DNA of 48,671 nucleotides from Armatimonadota bacterium (lineage in GTDB: Bacteria; Sysuimicrobiota; Sysuimicrobiia; Sysuimicrobiales; Humicultoraceae). Shown here one piece after another: positions 9,688-19,386 of the stretch (its first letter is position 1; the number at the start of each line of letters is the position of its first letter). The notes under the pieces are model-generated. The model did no database searches, was not told the DNA's origin, and saw only the letters and a list, made by a program, of their open reading frames with translations. The stretch spans positions 1 to 48,671 of the forward strand of contig JBBIOM010000014.1 of assembly GCA_037443365.1 (NCBI GenBank). Direction: 5' to 3'. Both the position numbers and the translations under genes were made by a program.

Positions 9688-10270
9688 GCACGTTACCGGT
9701 CATGCGGGTGCGCTGCAGGGCAACATCCGCGACCAGATGATCCCCCAGAACCACCATCCCTCCCTGGCGCAGCGCCACGCTGCCGGAGGCCTCGATCTGT
9801 TGGGTCTTGGGAAACCACTTGACCACGTCGGCCTCCAGCGTGTGCCCCGCGGTGGCCCGCGCACGGACGCGCCCCGAGAGCGTGACGGTGCGCGCGGTCA
9901 CGTGGAAGATGCCCCGCGGAGCCGAGAAGGCGATGGCCGGTTCTCCGGCCCGGAAGTACGTGCCCTCGACCCCGGTAAGCGTGGCCGTGCTGGAGGCGCC
10001 GTCCACCGTCACGGCCTCGGCCCGGATGTCCCACTGACGCCGGCCCGCGGCGTCAACCGTGGAGATGCCGGTCCCCTCGACCTGAATGGCGGGCAGGCCG
10101 GCCGGCTTCGGGCTGGCAGACGCCCTGGGGGTAGGACTGGCTGAGCCCTCAGGCGGCGCCGCAAGGCGGCCGGGCGCGCTCTCGGGCGCCTGCAGCAGCG
10201 CCCAGATGACGAGGGGAATCACGGCGATGCCCACCCCAACTGCTATCCACCGTCCGCTGCGGGACATCAC
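9668..10270 (-). CDS. lptC: LPS export protein LptC
   Basis: Single N-terminal TM, Pro-rich linker, jellyroll (GRRQWDIRAE...VTLSGRV...IEASGSV); strong RBS GAGGAGG; position upstream of lptA-lptB. Confidence 0.8.
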   Translation of the reverse strand: MMSRSGRWIAVGVGIAVIPLVIWALLQAPESAPGRLAAPPEGSASPTPRASASPKPAGLPAIQVEGTGISTVDAAGRRQWDIRAEAVTVDGASSTATLTGVEGTYFRAGEPAIAFSAPRGIFHVTARTVTLSGRVRARATAGHTLEADVVKWFPKTQQIEASGSVALRQGGMVVLGDHLVADVALQRTRMTGNVRVSVEQ

Positions 10271-10295
10271 CGCTGTTCCTCCTCGAGTGCCGGTT

Positions 10296-11468
10296 TCATA
10301 CTACCGGACGCCCCACTGAGCGTTCAAGGCCGCGGGAAGCCACGGACAGCACCACGGCGGCTGCGCGGCGCGCGGCGCCCGGAGGTCCCAACGCCTCCCC
10401 CAGCACGCGCAGCCGTCGCGAGATCGCCTCGCGCGCCGGTGCATCGCAAAGCAGCGCCAGGACCGCGCGGCTCATCTCTCCGGCACTGGCCCGGGCCTGA
10501 AGCAGCTCGGGCACTACCTGCTCTCCTGCCATGATGTTGGGAATGGAGACCCACCGCACGTTGAACGCGGCCCGCGCATACCACCAGGTTGGACGCGAAA
10601 CCCGGTAGGTCACCACCATCGGCACGCCCAGGATCATGGCCTCAACCGCGGCGGTACCCGACGCCAGCAGCAGCACGGTGCTCGCGGCCATCACGTCGCG
10701 CGATCCGGGAACGAGCGTCACGGGCAGGCCGCTGGCGGCCACGCCCGCGGCCAGGCGCTCGTGGAAGACCGGGGATGCCTCGGCCATCGCGAACTCCACG
10801 TCGTGCGAGGCGGCGCGGATTGCGCGCGCCGCGTCCAGCATGCGCGGGAGCAGGGCGTCGAGCTCGAGCCCCCGGCTGCCGGGCAGCAGCCCGACCAGCG
10901 GGGCCTCGGGAGCGATCCCGATCCTGGCCCGCGCCGCCAGCCCACCGGAGGAGTCCACCAGGTCGGCCGCGGGATGCCCTACGAAGGTCACATCCGCGCC
11001 CACCCGCCGGTAGGCCTCTGCCTCAAAGGGGAAGATGGGCAGCAGTCGGGCGCCCAGGGCAGCCACGCGGGCGGCCCGGTTGCCGCGTCGAAGCGCTACC
11101 ATGGGCGGCACGTAGTACAGGGCCGGGATGCGACCCCGGAGCCGCTTCAGCAGCGCCAGGTTGAAGCCCGGGAAGTCGATGACCACCAGCGCACGCGGCG
11201 GATCGGCCAGCAGCCGGTCCACAAGCGCGGACAGGCGGCGCAGGAACGGCGCCAGGCGCAGCGCCGCCTCGTACCAGCCGATGACGCCCCAATCGCTGCT
11301 GTCCGCGACGAGCGAGACCCCGGCGGATGCCATGTGGCGCCCGCCGATCCCCTGCAGATGAACCGTGGGATCCGCCGCGGCGATCGCGCGCGCCAGTTCG
11401 GCGCCGTGCAGATCGCCCGAGACCTCCCCGGCCACAAGGAAGACGCGCCGGGGTCTAGGTGTGCTCAT
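10296..11468 (-). CDS. lpxB: lipid-A-disaccharide synthase
   Basis: VAGEVSGDLHG, IDFPGFNL, IFPFE, FVGHP, LLPGSR, ASGT, VVPELLQ. Confidence 0.93.
   Translation of the reverse strand: MSTPRPRRVFLVAGEVSGDLHGAELARAIAAADPTVHLQGIGGRHMASAGVSLVADSSDWGVIGWYEAALRLAPFLRRLSALVDRLLADPPRALVVIDFPGFNLALLKRLRGRIPALYYVPPMVALRRGNRAARVAALGARLLPIFPFEAEAYRRVGADVTFVGHPAADLVDSSGGLAARARIGIAPEAPLVGLLPGSRGLELDALLPRMLDAARAIRAASHDVEFAMAEASPVFHERLAAGVAASGLPVTLVPGSRDVMAASTVLLLASGTAAVEAMILGVPMVVTYRVSRPTWWYARAAFNVRWVSIPNIMAGEQVVPELLQARASAGEMSRAVLALLCDAPAREAISRRLRVLGEALGPPGAARRAAAVVLSVASRGLERSVGRPVV
10298..10327 (-). promoter_or_regulatory. putative internal sigma70 promoter for lptCAB
   Basis: Minus strand TTGAAC-N18-TAGTAT within the last codons of lpxB. 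Confidence 0.45.
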
Positions 11469-12294
11469 GAAACGGCGTGCCGAGACGCGGGGCATCGGCG
11501 GCGACCACCGTGATTCCCGCTGCGTCGGCATCGGCAATCATGCGCTCCCGATGGATCACGAGCGTGCGGTGCGCGTCAATACCCAGCACGCGCGCCGAGG
11601 CCTCGCGCATCGTGGCGATCGTGTCAGGACCGACGGCCGGGATGTCGAACCGGGGATCCTGGTAGTTCCGGCTCACCTTGACCACCACGGTTCCGGACGC
11701 CATGGCGCCGGCGCGCCGGATAGTGGAATCGGTGCCCTCGGCGGCCTCCACGGCCAGGATGACCCCGCGGCGCACGACCACTGTCTGCCCAACGTCCAGG
11801 TCCGCGATGCGCCGGGCAACCGCGCGCCCGAACCGCAGATCCGCCTCTTCCTCGGGCGTGGGACCGCGCGCGGTCAGCACGCCCGCGGGAGCCAGGAGAT
11901 CCCCGACAAACACGGTCTGATCGAGCAGCACGATGCCCTGCTCCGCCAGCAGCGCGGCCAGGTGCCGAAGGAGCGGGACGTCGCGGCGGTCGCCGGCGCT
12001 GGCCATTACGCTTTCCATCATGGCGTCGCCGCGCACCAGCAGCTCTTCCCTGCCGAAGCGCCCCGCCACCAGCACTTCTCGGATGCGGTGGGCGCACAGC
12101 GCCTCGAGCACCTCCCGCAGCGCACCGGGCCTGCAACGCTTGTAGTGGTCGGCCAGGCCCGCAAGCGCAGGCGATTCGCCGGCGACCTGCAGGCAGACCA
12201 GTGCCAGGCCGCGCGCCTTGATCGCCCTGGCAATGACCTCGGGGAACGCTCCCGTCCCCGCAAGCAGGCCTACGCTTCCGCTCTGGGCTGCCAT
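11455..12294 (-). CDS. lpxI: UDP-2,3-diacylglucosamine hydrolase LpxI
   Basis: GLLAGTGAFP, DVGQT, AVEAAEGTD, QDPRFDIPAVG; lies between lpxA and lpxB. Confidence 0.92.
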   Translation of the reverse strand: MAAQSGSVGLLAGTGAFPEVIARAIKARGLALVCLQVAGESPALAGLADHYKRCRPGALREVLEALCAHRIREVLVAGRFGREELLVRGDAMMESVMASAGDRRDVPLLRHLAALLAEQGIVLLDQTVFVGDLLAPAGVLTARGPTPEEEADLRFGRAVARRIADLDVGQTVVVRRGVILAVEAAEGTDSTIRRAGAMASGTVVVKVSRNYQDPRFDIPAVGPDTIATMREASARVLGIDAHRTLVIHRERMIADADAAGITVVAADAPRLGTPFHEHT

Positions 12295-13097
12295 CGCACG
12301 ATCCCCCGGTTGCGCCCTCTGGACAGGCGGATGAAGGCAAGGAACTCCTGCGCCGAAGGGCTGCCGGCGGCCTCGGCCTCGATCGCGCGCAGGGCCTCGT
12401 CCATGGTGCGCCGCTCTCTGAAGAACAGCCGGAACACGCGTTGCAGCGCGAGCCGGTCATCGGGCGGCACTCCCTGGCGTGCCAGGCCCACCCTGTTCAG
12501 GCCCACGGCCCGTGCCATGAGCCCGGCGGCCATCACGAAGGGCGGCACGTCCTGCCGCGCGCCCGAGAGCCCGGCCAGCATCACCAGCCGGCCGATGCGC
12601 ACGTGCTGGTGCACCCCGGAGAGGCCTCCCAGATAGGCCTGGTCCCCTACGTGGACCCAACCACCCAACTGCGTGCCGCTGACGATCGTTGTGTCGCTGT
12701 CCACGACGCAGTTGTGGCTTACGCGCACAGAGGACATGATGTAGTTCCGGTCCCCGATGCGCGTCTCGTTTCCATCGCCCGTGGCGCGCTCGATGCTGCA
12801 GAACTCGCTGATGCGGTTCTCGTCGCCGACCATGACGCGGGTCGGCTCTCCACCGTAGGACCGGTCCTGCGGGCGCGCGCCGATCACCACGTGCGCGGCG
12901 AGGGTGTTGCGGTCTCCCAGATGCACGTTGTCGTGAATCACCGAGTGCGGGCCGATCACGCTTCCGGCCCCGATAACGACACCGGCTCCTATCACGGCGA
13001 AGGCGCCGATCTCAACGCCCGCGCCCAGGTGGGCGCTGGGGTGCACCACTGCGCCCGGATGAACGGTGATGGCCTCGCAGGCGGCGGGCTCACGCAT
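12270..13097 (-). CDS. lpxA: acyl-ACP--UDP-GlcNAc O-acyltransferase (divergent)
   Basis: Hexapeptide repeats, PQD, HN-C, VHQ, QDVPPF, GLNRVGL; fabZ-lpxA-lpxI-lpxB synteny. Confidence 0.9.
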   Translation of the reverse strand: MREPAACEAITVHPGAVVHPSAHLGAGVEIGAFAVIGAGVVIGAGSVIGPHSVIHDNVHLGDRNTLAAHVVIGARPQDRSYGGEPTRVMVGDENRISEFCSIERATGDGNETRIGDRNYIMSSVRVSHNCVVDSDTTIVSGTQLGGWVHVGDQAYLGGLSGVHQHVRIGRLVMLAGLSGARQDVPPFVMAAGLMARAVGLNRVGLARQGVPPDDRLALQRVFRLFFRERRTMDEALRAIEAEAAGSPSAQEFLAFIRLSRGRNRGIVRWQPRAEA

Positions 13098-13563
13098 CGT
13101 CGTGCTCCTGCATCCCGGACTGCCCGACCGCCTCGGCCGCGGCCGAGAAGAAGAACGTCAGCGTACCGTCGGCCACGGGTTGCCCGTCCACCCGCACCTC
13201 GGCCTGCACCTTCAGGAACCTGCCCCTCTTCCTTAGGATCTCCACCCGGACGACCATCTGGTCGCCGGGCACCACGCGGCGGCGGAACCGGACACCGTCT
13301 ATCGCCCCGAAGTAGGCGATGCGCCCGCGCAGCGCGGGGTCATCCAGCACCAGGCAGGCGGCGACCTGCGCCATCGTCTCAACCACCAGCACTCCTGGCA
13401 TCACCGGATGCCCGGGGATGTGCCCCACGAAGAAGGGCTCGTTGATGGTCACGTTCTTGATCCCGGTGATGGTGCGCCCTGGGTCGAGGGCGATGATGCG
13501 GTCCACCAGCAGGAAGGGGTACCGGTGGGGCATCACGCTCTGGATCTTCTCAATGTCCCACAT
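13090..13563 (-). CDS. fabZ: 3-hydroxyacyl-ACP dehydratase
   Basis: PHRYPFLLVDRI, KNVTINEPFF, PVMPGVLVVETMAQ; RBS GAGGAGG before ATG 13563. Confidence 0.95.
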   Translation of the reverse strand: MWDIEKIQSVMPHRYPFLLVDRIIALDPGRTITGIKNVTINEPFFVGHIPGHPVMPGVLVVETMAQVAACLVLDDPALRGRIAYFGAIDGVRFRRRVVPGDQMVVRVEILRKRGRFLKVQAEVRVDGQPVADGTLTFFFSAAAEAVGQSGMQEHDDA

Positions 13564-14422
13564 GCTGGCCTCCTCGGGCGTTGCGGCCTCCTGCGAACCG
13601 CCGCGCGATCTCGCGTGCGAGCGCCACGTGCAGCGCGTGCCCGGCGCGCACCGCCACAATGTGCGCGCGCACTGGACGCCCGAGCAGCGCCAGGTCGCCG
13701 ATGGCGTCAAGGATCTTGTGCCGCGCCATCTCGTTGGGGAATCGCGGCTCGTTGAGGAACCCCTGCGGACCGATGGCCAGGACCGTCTCAAGCGACACCC
13801 CGCGCGCCATCCCCTGGGCCCGCAGGGCCTCGATCTCCGCCGCCATGCCCCAGGTGCGGGCCGGGGCGATCGAGGCCGCGAAGTCGTCCGCATCCTCGCG
13901 GAACTCGGCCATCTGGGGGGCGAGGGAGGCCAGGTGGGCCGTGACCACGTAGGTCACCTGGAACCGGCCAGCGGGCAGGGCCGCGATCATGCTGCCGCCC
14001 TCGCTGGCCCACAGCGGCTCGTCCACCACCAGCGGAATCCTGGGCGCGTCCTGGCGCGCGCTGCCCGCGGCCTGCAGCGCCTCGACGAAGACAAGGGCGC
14101 TGCCGTCGCCGCAGGGCAGTTCCTCTCCCTCAACCTCGACCAGCATGTTGTCTACACCCAGCCCCCGGGCCGCGGACATGAGGTGTTCCACCGTCGCGAC
14201 GCGCACGGATCCGCCGAGCACGATGCTCCGCGCCGTTGCCGCCACCTCATCCAGGCAGGCCGGAATGCGCGGCGCGCCCGGTAGGTCGGTCCGCGCGAAC
14301 GTGATGCCCTCATCGGGGTTCGCGGGCAGCAACCGCGCCACGGCCGGGGAGCCGCTGTGGAGCCCGGTTCCCCGAATCAGGACGGGCCGGGCGATCGTGT
14401 GCTGCCAGTCGCTGGGGATCAT
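13550..14422 (-). CDS. lpxC: UDP-3-O-acyl-GlcNAc deacetylase
   Basis: QHTIA, GTGLHSG, TVEHLMSA, DGSA, APARTWG, RHKILD, GHALH. Confidence 0.95.
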   Translation of the reverse strand: MIPSDWQHTIARPVLIRGTGLHSGSPAVARLLPANPDEGITFARTDLPGAPRIPACLDEVAATARSIVLGGSVRVATVEHLMSAARGLGVDNMLVEVEGEELPCGDGSALVFVEALQAAGSARQDAPRIPLVVDEPLWASEGGSMIAALPAGRFQVTYVVTAHLASLAPQMAEFREDADDFAASIAPARTWGMAAEIEALRAQGMARGVSLETVLAIGPQGFLNEPRFPNEMARHKILDAIGDLALLGRPVRAHIVAVRAGHALHVALAREIARRFAGGRNARGGQHVGH

Positions 14423-16200
14423 CGCGGTCGGAGTGCCAGGCGGACAGGGTAGTATGAGCCGGCCACCGGCATTGCAACGAGTGAGACGTCCCTCGCCCCG
14501 CCGGGCGCCACCGCGAACGCTGCCACCGGGCGCCCTTCGCCGGGGCGCATCAGACCGACATCAACAGGCGCTCCGTCCACGATGAACAGGCCGCGAGCCA
14601 GGCCGCCCGCGGCGGTGGCCACCAGCTCGGTCGCCACCTCGCGGGACGTGGGATTCACAAGGCGCAGGCGCACACGGTAGAGAACGCCGTAGTCCCCAAT
14701 CAGCGGCTCACCCGTTCGGACGTCGCGGAGCCCTGACATGACGCCCAGGTCGGCCAGATGCGCGGGCTCATCGGCCGCCTGTTCCCGGACGATCTCAACG
14801 AGCGACCCGGGAAAGGTGCCCCGTGGATGCTGAAACGCCCACGGCCCGAGATCGGTGGTCACGGTCCGATCGAGCAGCCAGGGCAGCCGGACGTGGACCA
14901 CTAGTTCCACCGGACCGCCCTCGGTTACCTGGAACTGCATGAGCCCGGATACCATGGCCAGCGGGGCAAGGGTGTAGGCGGTGAAGGCAGTGGCCCCCCT
15001 GGGGGGCACCTCTACGAAGTAGCCCTGGCCCGAGGCGAGCGCCCCCAGGAACCGCGCGGTCGAGGCAAACCCGGCGTGGATGAAGTCGGGCGAGGGCCCG
15101 GCGATGCCTCGCACGTAGTGCACGCGGGCCGCGGCAGCGCCGGGGTTCGCAAGCGTGACCTTCAGCACCCGCACCTGCGACGGCGTGCCGTTCATGTGGT
15201 GATACAACAGGCGCGCGGGCCGGTCACGCACCAGGGTCTCCTGAAAGAGCAGCCCATCCCCGGTTATCTTCTCGGGCCGGTTGCTGATCAGGAGTACCGC
15301 GGGATCCGCCAGAGGCAGGGGCTGGTTGGCGACCGTCACGTTCATCCTGCCGCGCACGCTCCCCGCGTAAGGGCTGCGGACCAGAACCGCCACAGCGGTT
15401 GAGAGCGATGCCCCGGGCTCGAGTGGAGCCGCAATCTCAATCGGCCCCATCTCCATGACGGCGCCGGGTGAGCGCAGCACCGCTTCCTGGAGGCGGCGCA
15501 GGATCGCCTCGCGGATGAGGTCGGGATCGGCCGGGGCGCCGGTGACCACCGTCTCGATGGCCGCAGGAATCACGCCGGCGGCCGGGCGAACCGCTATGCC
15601 CAGTTGGGAGCGGTACGCTCCGACGCGCAGGGGCACAACGGTGCTGCCCAACTGCCGGGCCGCAATACGCAGGGTGCCGGCTTCCAGGACCACGTCGGCG
15701 ACGCGGCGGTCGTAACTGCCCAGCCGGACCTCTCCGGGGATGGTCACCGCGATCGTTGCGGTCGCCGTTGCGCCAGGGGATAGAACCACGCTCGCTGGCG
15801 TGACGGCTATCGCGGGGGTCGCAAGCGCCTCGGCGAGTGCCCGCGCCCACTCGCGTGCCAGCGCGATGCGTCCTGTGCCGGCGCGCGCCGCATCGGACTG
15901 CTCCGCGGTCAGGAGCAAGACGCCGTTGGCCACAACTCCGGCTCCGCGATTGCCCACGACTACCCTGCTCGAAGGGGACAAGAGCGGGGCCAGGCGCCGG
16001 GCCGCATCATCGAGCCGGCGCCGCGCGGCAGGCCCGAAGAGCCGCACGACCGGAACTCCGCGCACCCTCATCTCGGCTCCTGCGGGGCTCCCTCGGAGCA
16101 GCACGACGGTGATCTCGCCGCTTGCGGGTTCGGCGGGCCGGATAGACCCGAGCAGCAGCCCCGTGATCAGGACCGCGCAGGCAGTCCAGAGGCGTCTCAT
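14419..16200 (-). CDS. exported hypothetical protein (C-terminal part possibly DUF3370-like)
   Basis: 593 aa with signal peptide, ATGA-coupled to lpxD and lpxC. LLISNRPE...GLLF...RLLYHHMN resembles motifs recalled from DUF3370-type proteins; family call is tentative. Confidence 0.6.
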   Translation of the reverse strand: MRRLWTACAVLITGLLLGSIRPAEPASGEITVVLLRGSPAGAEMRVRGVPVVRLFGPAARRRLDDAARRLAPLLSPSSRVVVGNRGAGVVANGVLLLTAEQSDAARAGTGRIALAREWARALAEALATPAIAVTPASVVLSPGATATATIAVTIPGEVRLGSYDRRVADVVLEAGTLRIAARQLGSTVVPLRVGAYRSQLGIAVRPAAGVIPAAIETVVTGAPADPDLIREAILRRLQEAVLRSPGAVMEMGPIEIAAPLEPGASLSTAVAVLVRSPYAGSVRGRMNVTVANQPLPLADPAVLLISNRPEKITGDGLLFQETLVRDRPARLLYHHMNGTPSQVRVLKVTLANPGAAAARVHYVRGIAGPSPDFIHAGFASTARFLGALASGQGYFVEVPPRGATAFTAYTLAPLAMVSGLMQFQVTEGGPVELVVHVRLPWLLDRTVTTDLGPWAFQHPRGTFPGSLVEIVREQAADEPAHLADLGVMSGLRDVRTGEPLIGDYGVLYRVRLRLVNPTSREVATELVATAAGGLARGLFIVDGAPVDVGLMRPGEGRPVAAFAVAPGGARDVSLVAMPVAGSYYPVRLALRPR

Positions 16201-17237
16201 TTCGGGCGTCTGCGGGCGCCCCCCCGGCGTGACCGGTCGGCGAGCCGCTCCTCGATCGCGGCCACCCGGTCCGCCAGTTCGGGCAGCCGCCGCAGGGAAG
16301 CGGCCGCCCGCATCTCCTCGCGGTGGTCGCGGGCAGGGAAGCCCGAGACAGTCGCGCCGTCTGGCACGTCCCTGGTGACCCCGGCGCGCGCGAGCACCCT
16401 GGCCCGCGCGCCGATCCGCCTGTGGTCAGCCACGCCGGCCTGGCCCGCCAGGACGACGCCGTCGCCGATGGTCACGCTGCCCGAGATGCCCACCTGAGAG
16501 ACGAGCAGCGCCCCCTTGCCGATCGAGACGTTGTGCGCCACCTGCACCAGGTTGTCTATCTTAGTCCCGCGGCCGATGAGCGTCTCTCCGAGCGTCCCGC
16601 GGTCCACCGCTGCGTTCGCGCCAATCTCGACATCGTCCTCGATCACCACGCGCCCCAGGTGCGGCACCTTGATGTGCGCGCCGTCCTCCGTGGCGTAGCC
16701 AAACCCGTCGCTGCCTATCACTGTGCCGCTGTGGATCGTGACGCGGTCGCCGATGGCGCAGCCCGGGTAGATCGTGACGTGAGGATGCAGCAGGCAGTCG
16801 GCACCGATCCGGACCCCGGCTCCGATGGTCGTGCCCGCATGGACCGCGGTTCGCGGGCCGATCGCGGCGCCTTCCCCCACGACGACGTACGGGCCGAGAT
16901 GCGCGTCCGGCGCGATGTCGGCACCAGGGGAAACCACCGCGGTAGGATGGATTCCAGCCGGGGCCCTCTCGGCCGGCGCAAACGCCGCCAGTGCGCGCGC
17001 GAACGTCGCTCTCAGGTTCTCTGCTCGCAACAAGGGCTTGGCAGATTCGGTGACCTCGCCCGCCACGAGCAAGGCCGCGGCAGGTGAGGCCTCGGCGGAT
17101 GCAAGGTCGCGCGGGTCCGAGACCATGACCAGCGCTCCGGCGTGGGCACGAGCCAGATCCGTGATGGCGCTGATCTCGATCTCGCCGGGCCCGATCAGCT
17201 CTGCCCGCGCGAGCCGCGCAAGTTGCGCGAGCTTCAT
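16197..17237 (-). CDS. lpxD: UDP-3-O-acyl-glucosamine N-acyltransferase
   Basis: Hexapeptide repeats, [29 protein letters not shown]. Confidence 0.96.
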   Translation of the reverse strand: MKLAQLARLARAELIGPGEIEISAITDLARAHAGALVMVSDPRDLASAEASPAAALLVAGEVTESAKPLLRAENLRATFARALAAFAPAERAPAGIHPTAVVSPGADIAPDAHLGPYVVVGEGAAIGPRTAVHAGTTIGAGVRIGADCLLHPHVTIYPGCAIGDRVTIHSGTVIGSDGFGYATEDGAHIKVPHLGRVVIEDDVEIGANAAVDRGTLGETLIGRGTKIDNLVQVAHNVSIGKGALLVSQVGISGSVTIGDGVVLAGQAGVADHRRIGARARVLARAGVTRDVPDGATVSGFPARDHREEMRAAASLRRLPELADRVAAIEERLADRSRRGGARRRPK

Positions 17238-17265
17238 AGAAGACCCCCGGCGTCGCCCCTGGACG

Positions 17266-17709
17266 CTACTTCAGCCTGTCAATCACGTCCTGCGTGATGT
17301 CCACGGTGGTCCCTGGCCGGCTGTAGACAACCGGGCCCTTCATGATCACCCCGCGCAGCCGCTTCTCACGCACGACCTGGTGGATGGCCTCCCGGACCTC
17401 GCGGTTCAGGTCTGCCTCCAGCTCGGCGCGCAGCGCCTGGAGCTCGCGGAAGTACTGGACCCGCCGCGCCTCCAGGTCCTCCTTGGAGAGCCGGCCCACA
17501 AGCATCTGGAGGTCGGCCGTCATGGCCGCCTCGCGGTCGTCAATCGCCTTTTGGTAGCGGAGCGCCCTGGCGCTCTCGTTGAGGATTCGCGGGCTGTCCA
17601 CGAGCCCGACCCTCCCGAACGTGCATCCCGCCGCCGTGGCTGAAGCCACCGCCAGGGCCAGGGCAAGCACCACCGCACGACGACCCATGCTCTCTCTCTG
17701 CCACCTCAT
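17266..17709 (-). CDS. OmpH/Skp-like protein, predicted lipoprotein
   Basis: Lipobox [18 protein letters not shown], helical body, [12 protein letters not shown] end. Start may be 17688. Confidence 0.8.
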   Translation of the reverse strand: MRWQRESMGRRAVVLALALAVASATAAGCTFGRVGLVDSPRILNESARALRYQKAIDDREAAMTADLQMLVGRLSKEDLEARRVQYFRELQALRAELEADLNREVREAIHQVVREKRLRGVIMKGPVVYSRPGTTVDITQDVIDRLK

Positions 17710-17728
17710 TGCCTGCTCTGCCCCCTGA

Positions 17729-18862
17729 TCAAGGACGCCGGAGCCGGGCTATGACCGCGGAAGTGAGGTCCACCGCGGTCGTATTGGCCAGCACCCGGGT
17801 CAGCACCGCGTCTATCCTCTGATCCTGCGCCACTGCCGCGATCTCGATCTTGATCTCCGCCAGGAGACTGTCCTCCAGTCTGTGGCGCTGTCCGGCGAGC
17901 GTCTCCAGTTCCTGCCTCAGCCGGTTGGCCTGGGCTTCCAGCCGGCGCGCGTATGCTTCGTGGGCGGCCTTCATCTGCTGGTTCGTTGAGCCGACGAGCA
18001 GCGTCCGGCGCTCCTCCACCGCGTGGTTCAGCATCTCCTCCCGGGCGCGCACCGCCGCCTTCAACTCGGCGTCGGCCTCCTCCTGCTTCGTCTTGAGGCG
18101 GGCCTCGGCGTCCTTCTCGAGCGAGGCTATGAGGGCCTTCATCTGCGCGTCGGCCTCGGCGGTCCTGGCCTGCTGGAACTCCTCCAGCGACTTCTCGAGC
18201 GCCTGCGCCCTTGCCCGGATCTTGGCGTCGCGCTCCTTCGTGATGCGCTCTGCCTCCGCCGTGAGGCGCCGGGCTTCCTCTTCGCTGGCCACGCCCACCA
18301 CGTCACCTTTCAGGCGCAGGTTCAGCAGCGGTACGCGGTACTCGGCCATCGTCGCCAGCTCAAACCTGTCCAGCTCACGCTGCATCTCGTCACGCCTTGC
18401 CTCGATGACACGCTGCAGCTCGGCGTTGACCTGCTTGTGCCGGTCGGCCAGCTTGCCTTCCTGCTCGGCCTTGAGGTCGGCAACGAAGGCCTCCATCCGC
18501 TGCTTGAGCTGCCCTGAGATGATGTCCAGCTCCGCCCGGTACGCCGCCTGCAGACGCTCGATCTCGGGCCGCAGCTCGGCACCTATGTCCACGGCCGGGG
18601 CCTCAGGCGGGGGCGGGGGCGAGGAGAGGCGCACCTGCAGGACTCCAATCTGCCTGTTCAGGGCCTCCAGCTCAGCCCACCTGCGGTGGGCCTTCAGGGC
18701 TGCCACCAGGTCCACAATCCCGACGCGGTACTCCGAAGGGGTGACGACCGCCTTCGGGGTCGGGGTCGGCGAGGGCACCGCGCCGCCTTGCGGGCGGCAT
18801 CCCGCGAGGGGCAGGGCCGCCATCAGGACCAGGACGGCGGCCGGGCGCAGGCGCGTGATCAC
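17729..18862 (-). CDS. OmpH/Skp-like lipoprotein with greatly extended coiled coil
   Basis: Lipobox LAGC, RVGIVDLVAALKAH start and IDAVL...VDLTSAVIARL end flank a long E/A/K/R-rich helical region. Confidence 0.75.
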   Translation of the reverse strand: MITRLRPAAVLVLMAALPLAGCRPQGGAVPSPTPTPKAVVTPSEYRVGIVDLVAALKAHRRWAELEALNRQIGVLQVRLSSPPPPPEAPAVDIGAELRPEIERLQAAYRAELDIISGQLKQRMEAFVADLKAEQEGKLADRHKQVNAELQRVIEARRDEMQRELDRFELATMAEYRVPLLNLRLKGDVVGVASEEEARRLTAEAERITKERDAKIRARAQALEKSLEEFQQARTAEADAQMKALIASLEKDAEARLKTKQEEADAELKAAVRAREEMLNHAVEERRTLLVGSTNQQMKAAHEAYARRLEAQANRLRQELETLAGQRHRLEDSLLAEIKIEIAAVAQDQRIDAVLTRVLANTTAVDLTSAVIARLRRP

Positions 18863-19308
18863 TTGCTCTTTATCACCTTGATGACGTCGTCGGTGAGATC
18901 GGTCCCGCCGTAGAGCACGACCGAGCGGTCGAGCACCACGGCCACGCCCGCCTGCTTGGCCACCGTCTCGACGGCGGCGCGCAGCTCCTTGTCCAGGCCT
19001 CCAAGCAGCTCGTTGCGCCGATCGAGTATCTGCTGCTGGAGCTGGCGGTCCAGCTCCTGGCGCTGGAAGGCGCTCATGTTCTTGCTGCGCTCTTGGAACT
19101 CGCGCTGCTTGGCCTGGTAGAACTCCTGCAGCGCGCGTTCGGAGCTGGCCCTGCGCGGATGGGCGTCGAGAGCGCGCTGCATCTCGACGTAACCGACCGC
19201 AAAGGACTGCCCGAACGCCGGTACCTGCCGCAGCGCCACGACGGCGCCCACCGCAACCACCACGGCTAGTCCGACGGCCATGATGAGCTTACGCGCATCT
19301 ACACGCAT
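18859..19308 (-). CDS. ompH: OmpH/Skp outer membrane chaperone
   Basis: VGYVEMQRALDAHP, VVLDRSVVLYGGTDLTDDVIK; RBS AAGGAGG. Confidence 0.92.
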   Translation of the reverse strand: MRVDARKLIMAVGLAVVVAVGAVVALRQVPAFGQSFAVGYVEMQRALDAHPRRASSERALQEFYQAKQREFQERSKNMSAFQRQELDRQLQQQILDRRNELLGGLDKELRAAVETVAKQAGVAVVLDRSVVLYGGTDLTDDVIKVIKSK

Positions 19309-19386
19309 GTAGAACCTCCTTGGAATCCCGGCACAGGCCCATTGTACCCTACCGTGTCAACGCGGCCGGCGTGCCTCACCGCGCCG

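Noticed and set aside
19341-19360. TTGACA and TACAAT hexamers upstream of ompH
   Set aside because: Spacer is only 8 nt, so they cannot form one sigma70 promoter; the -10 alone may be real.
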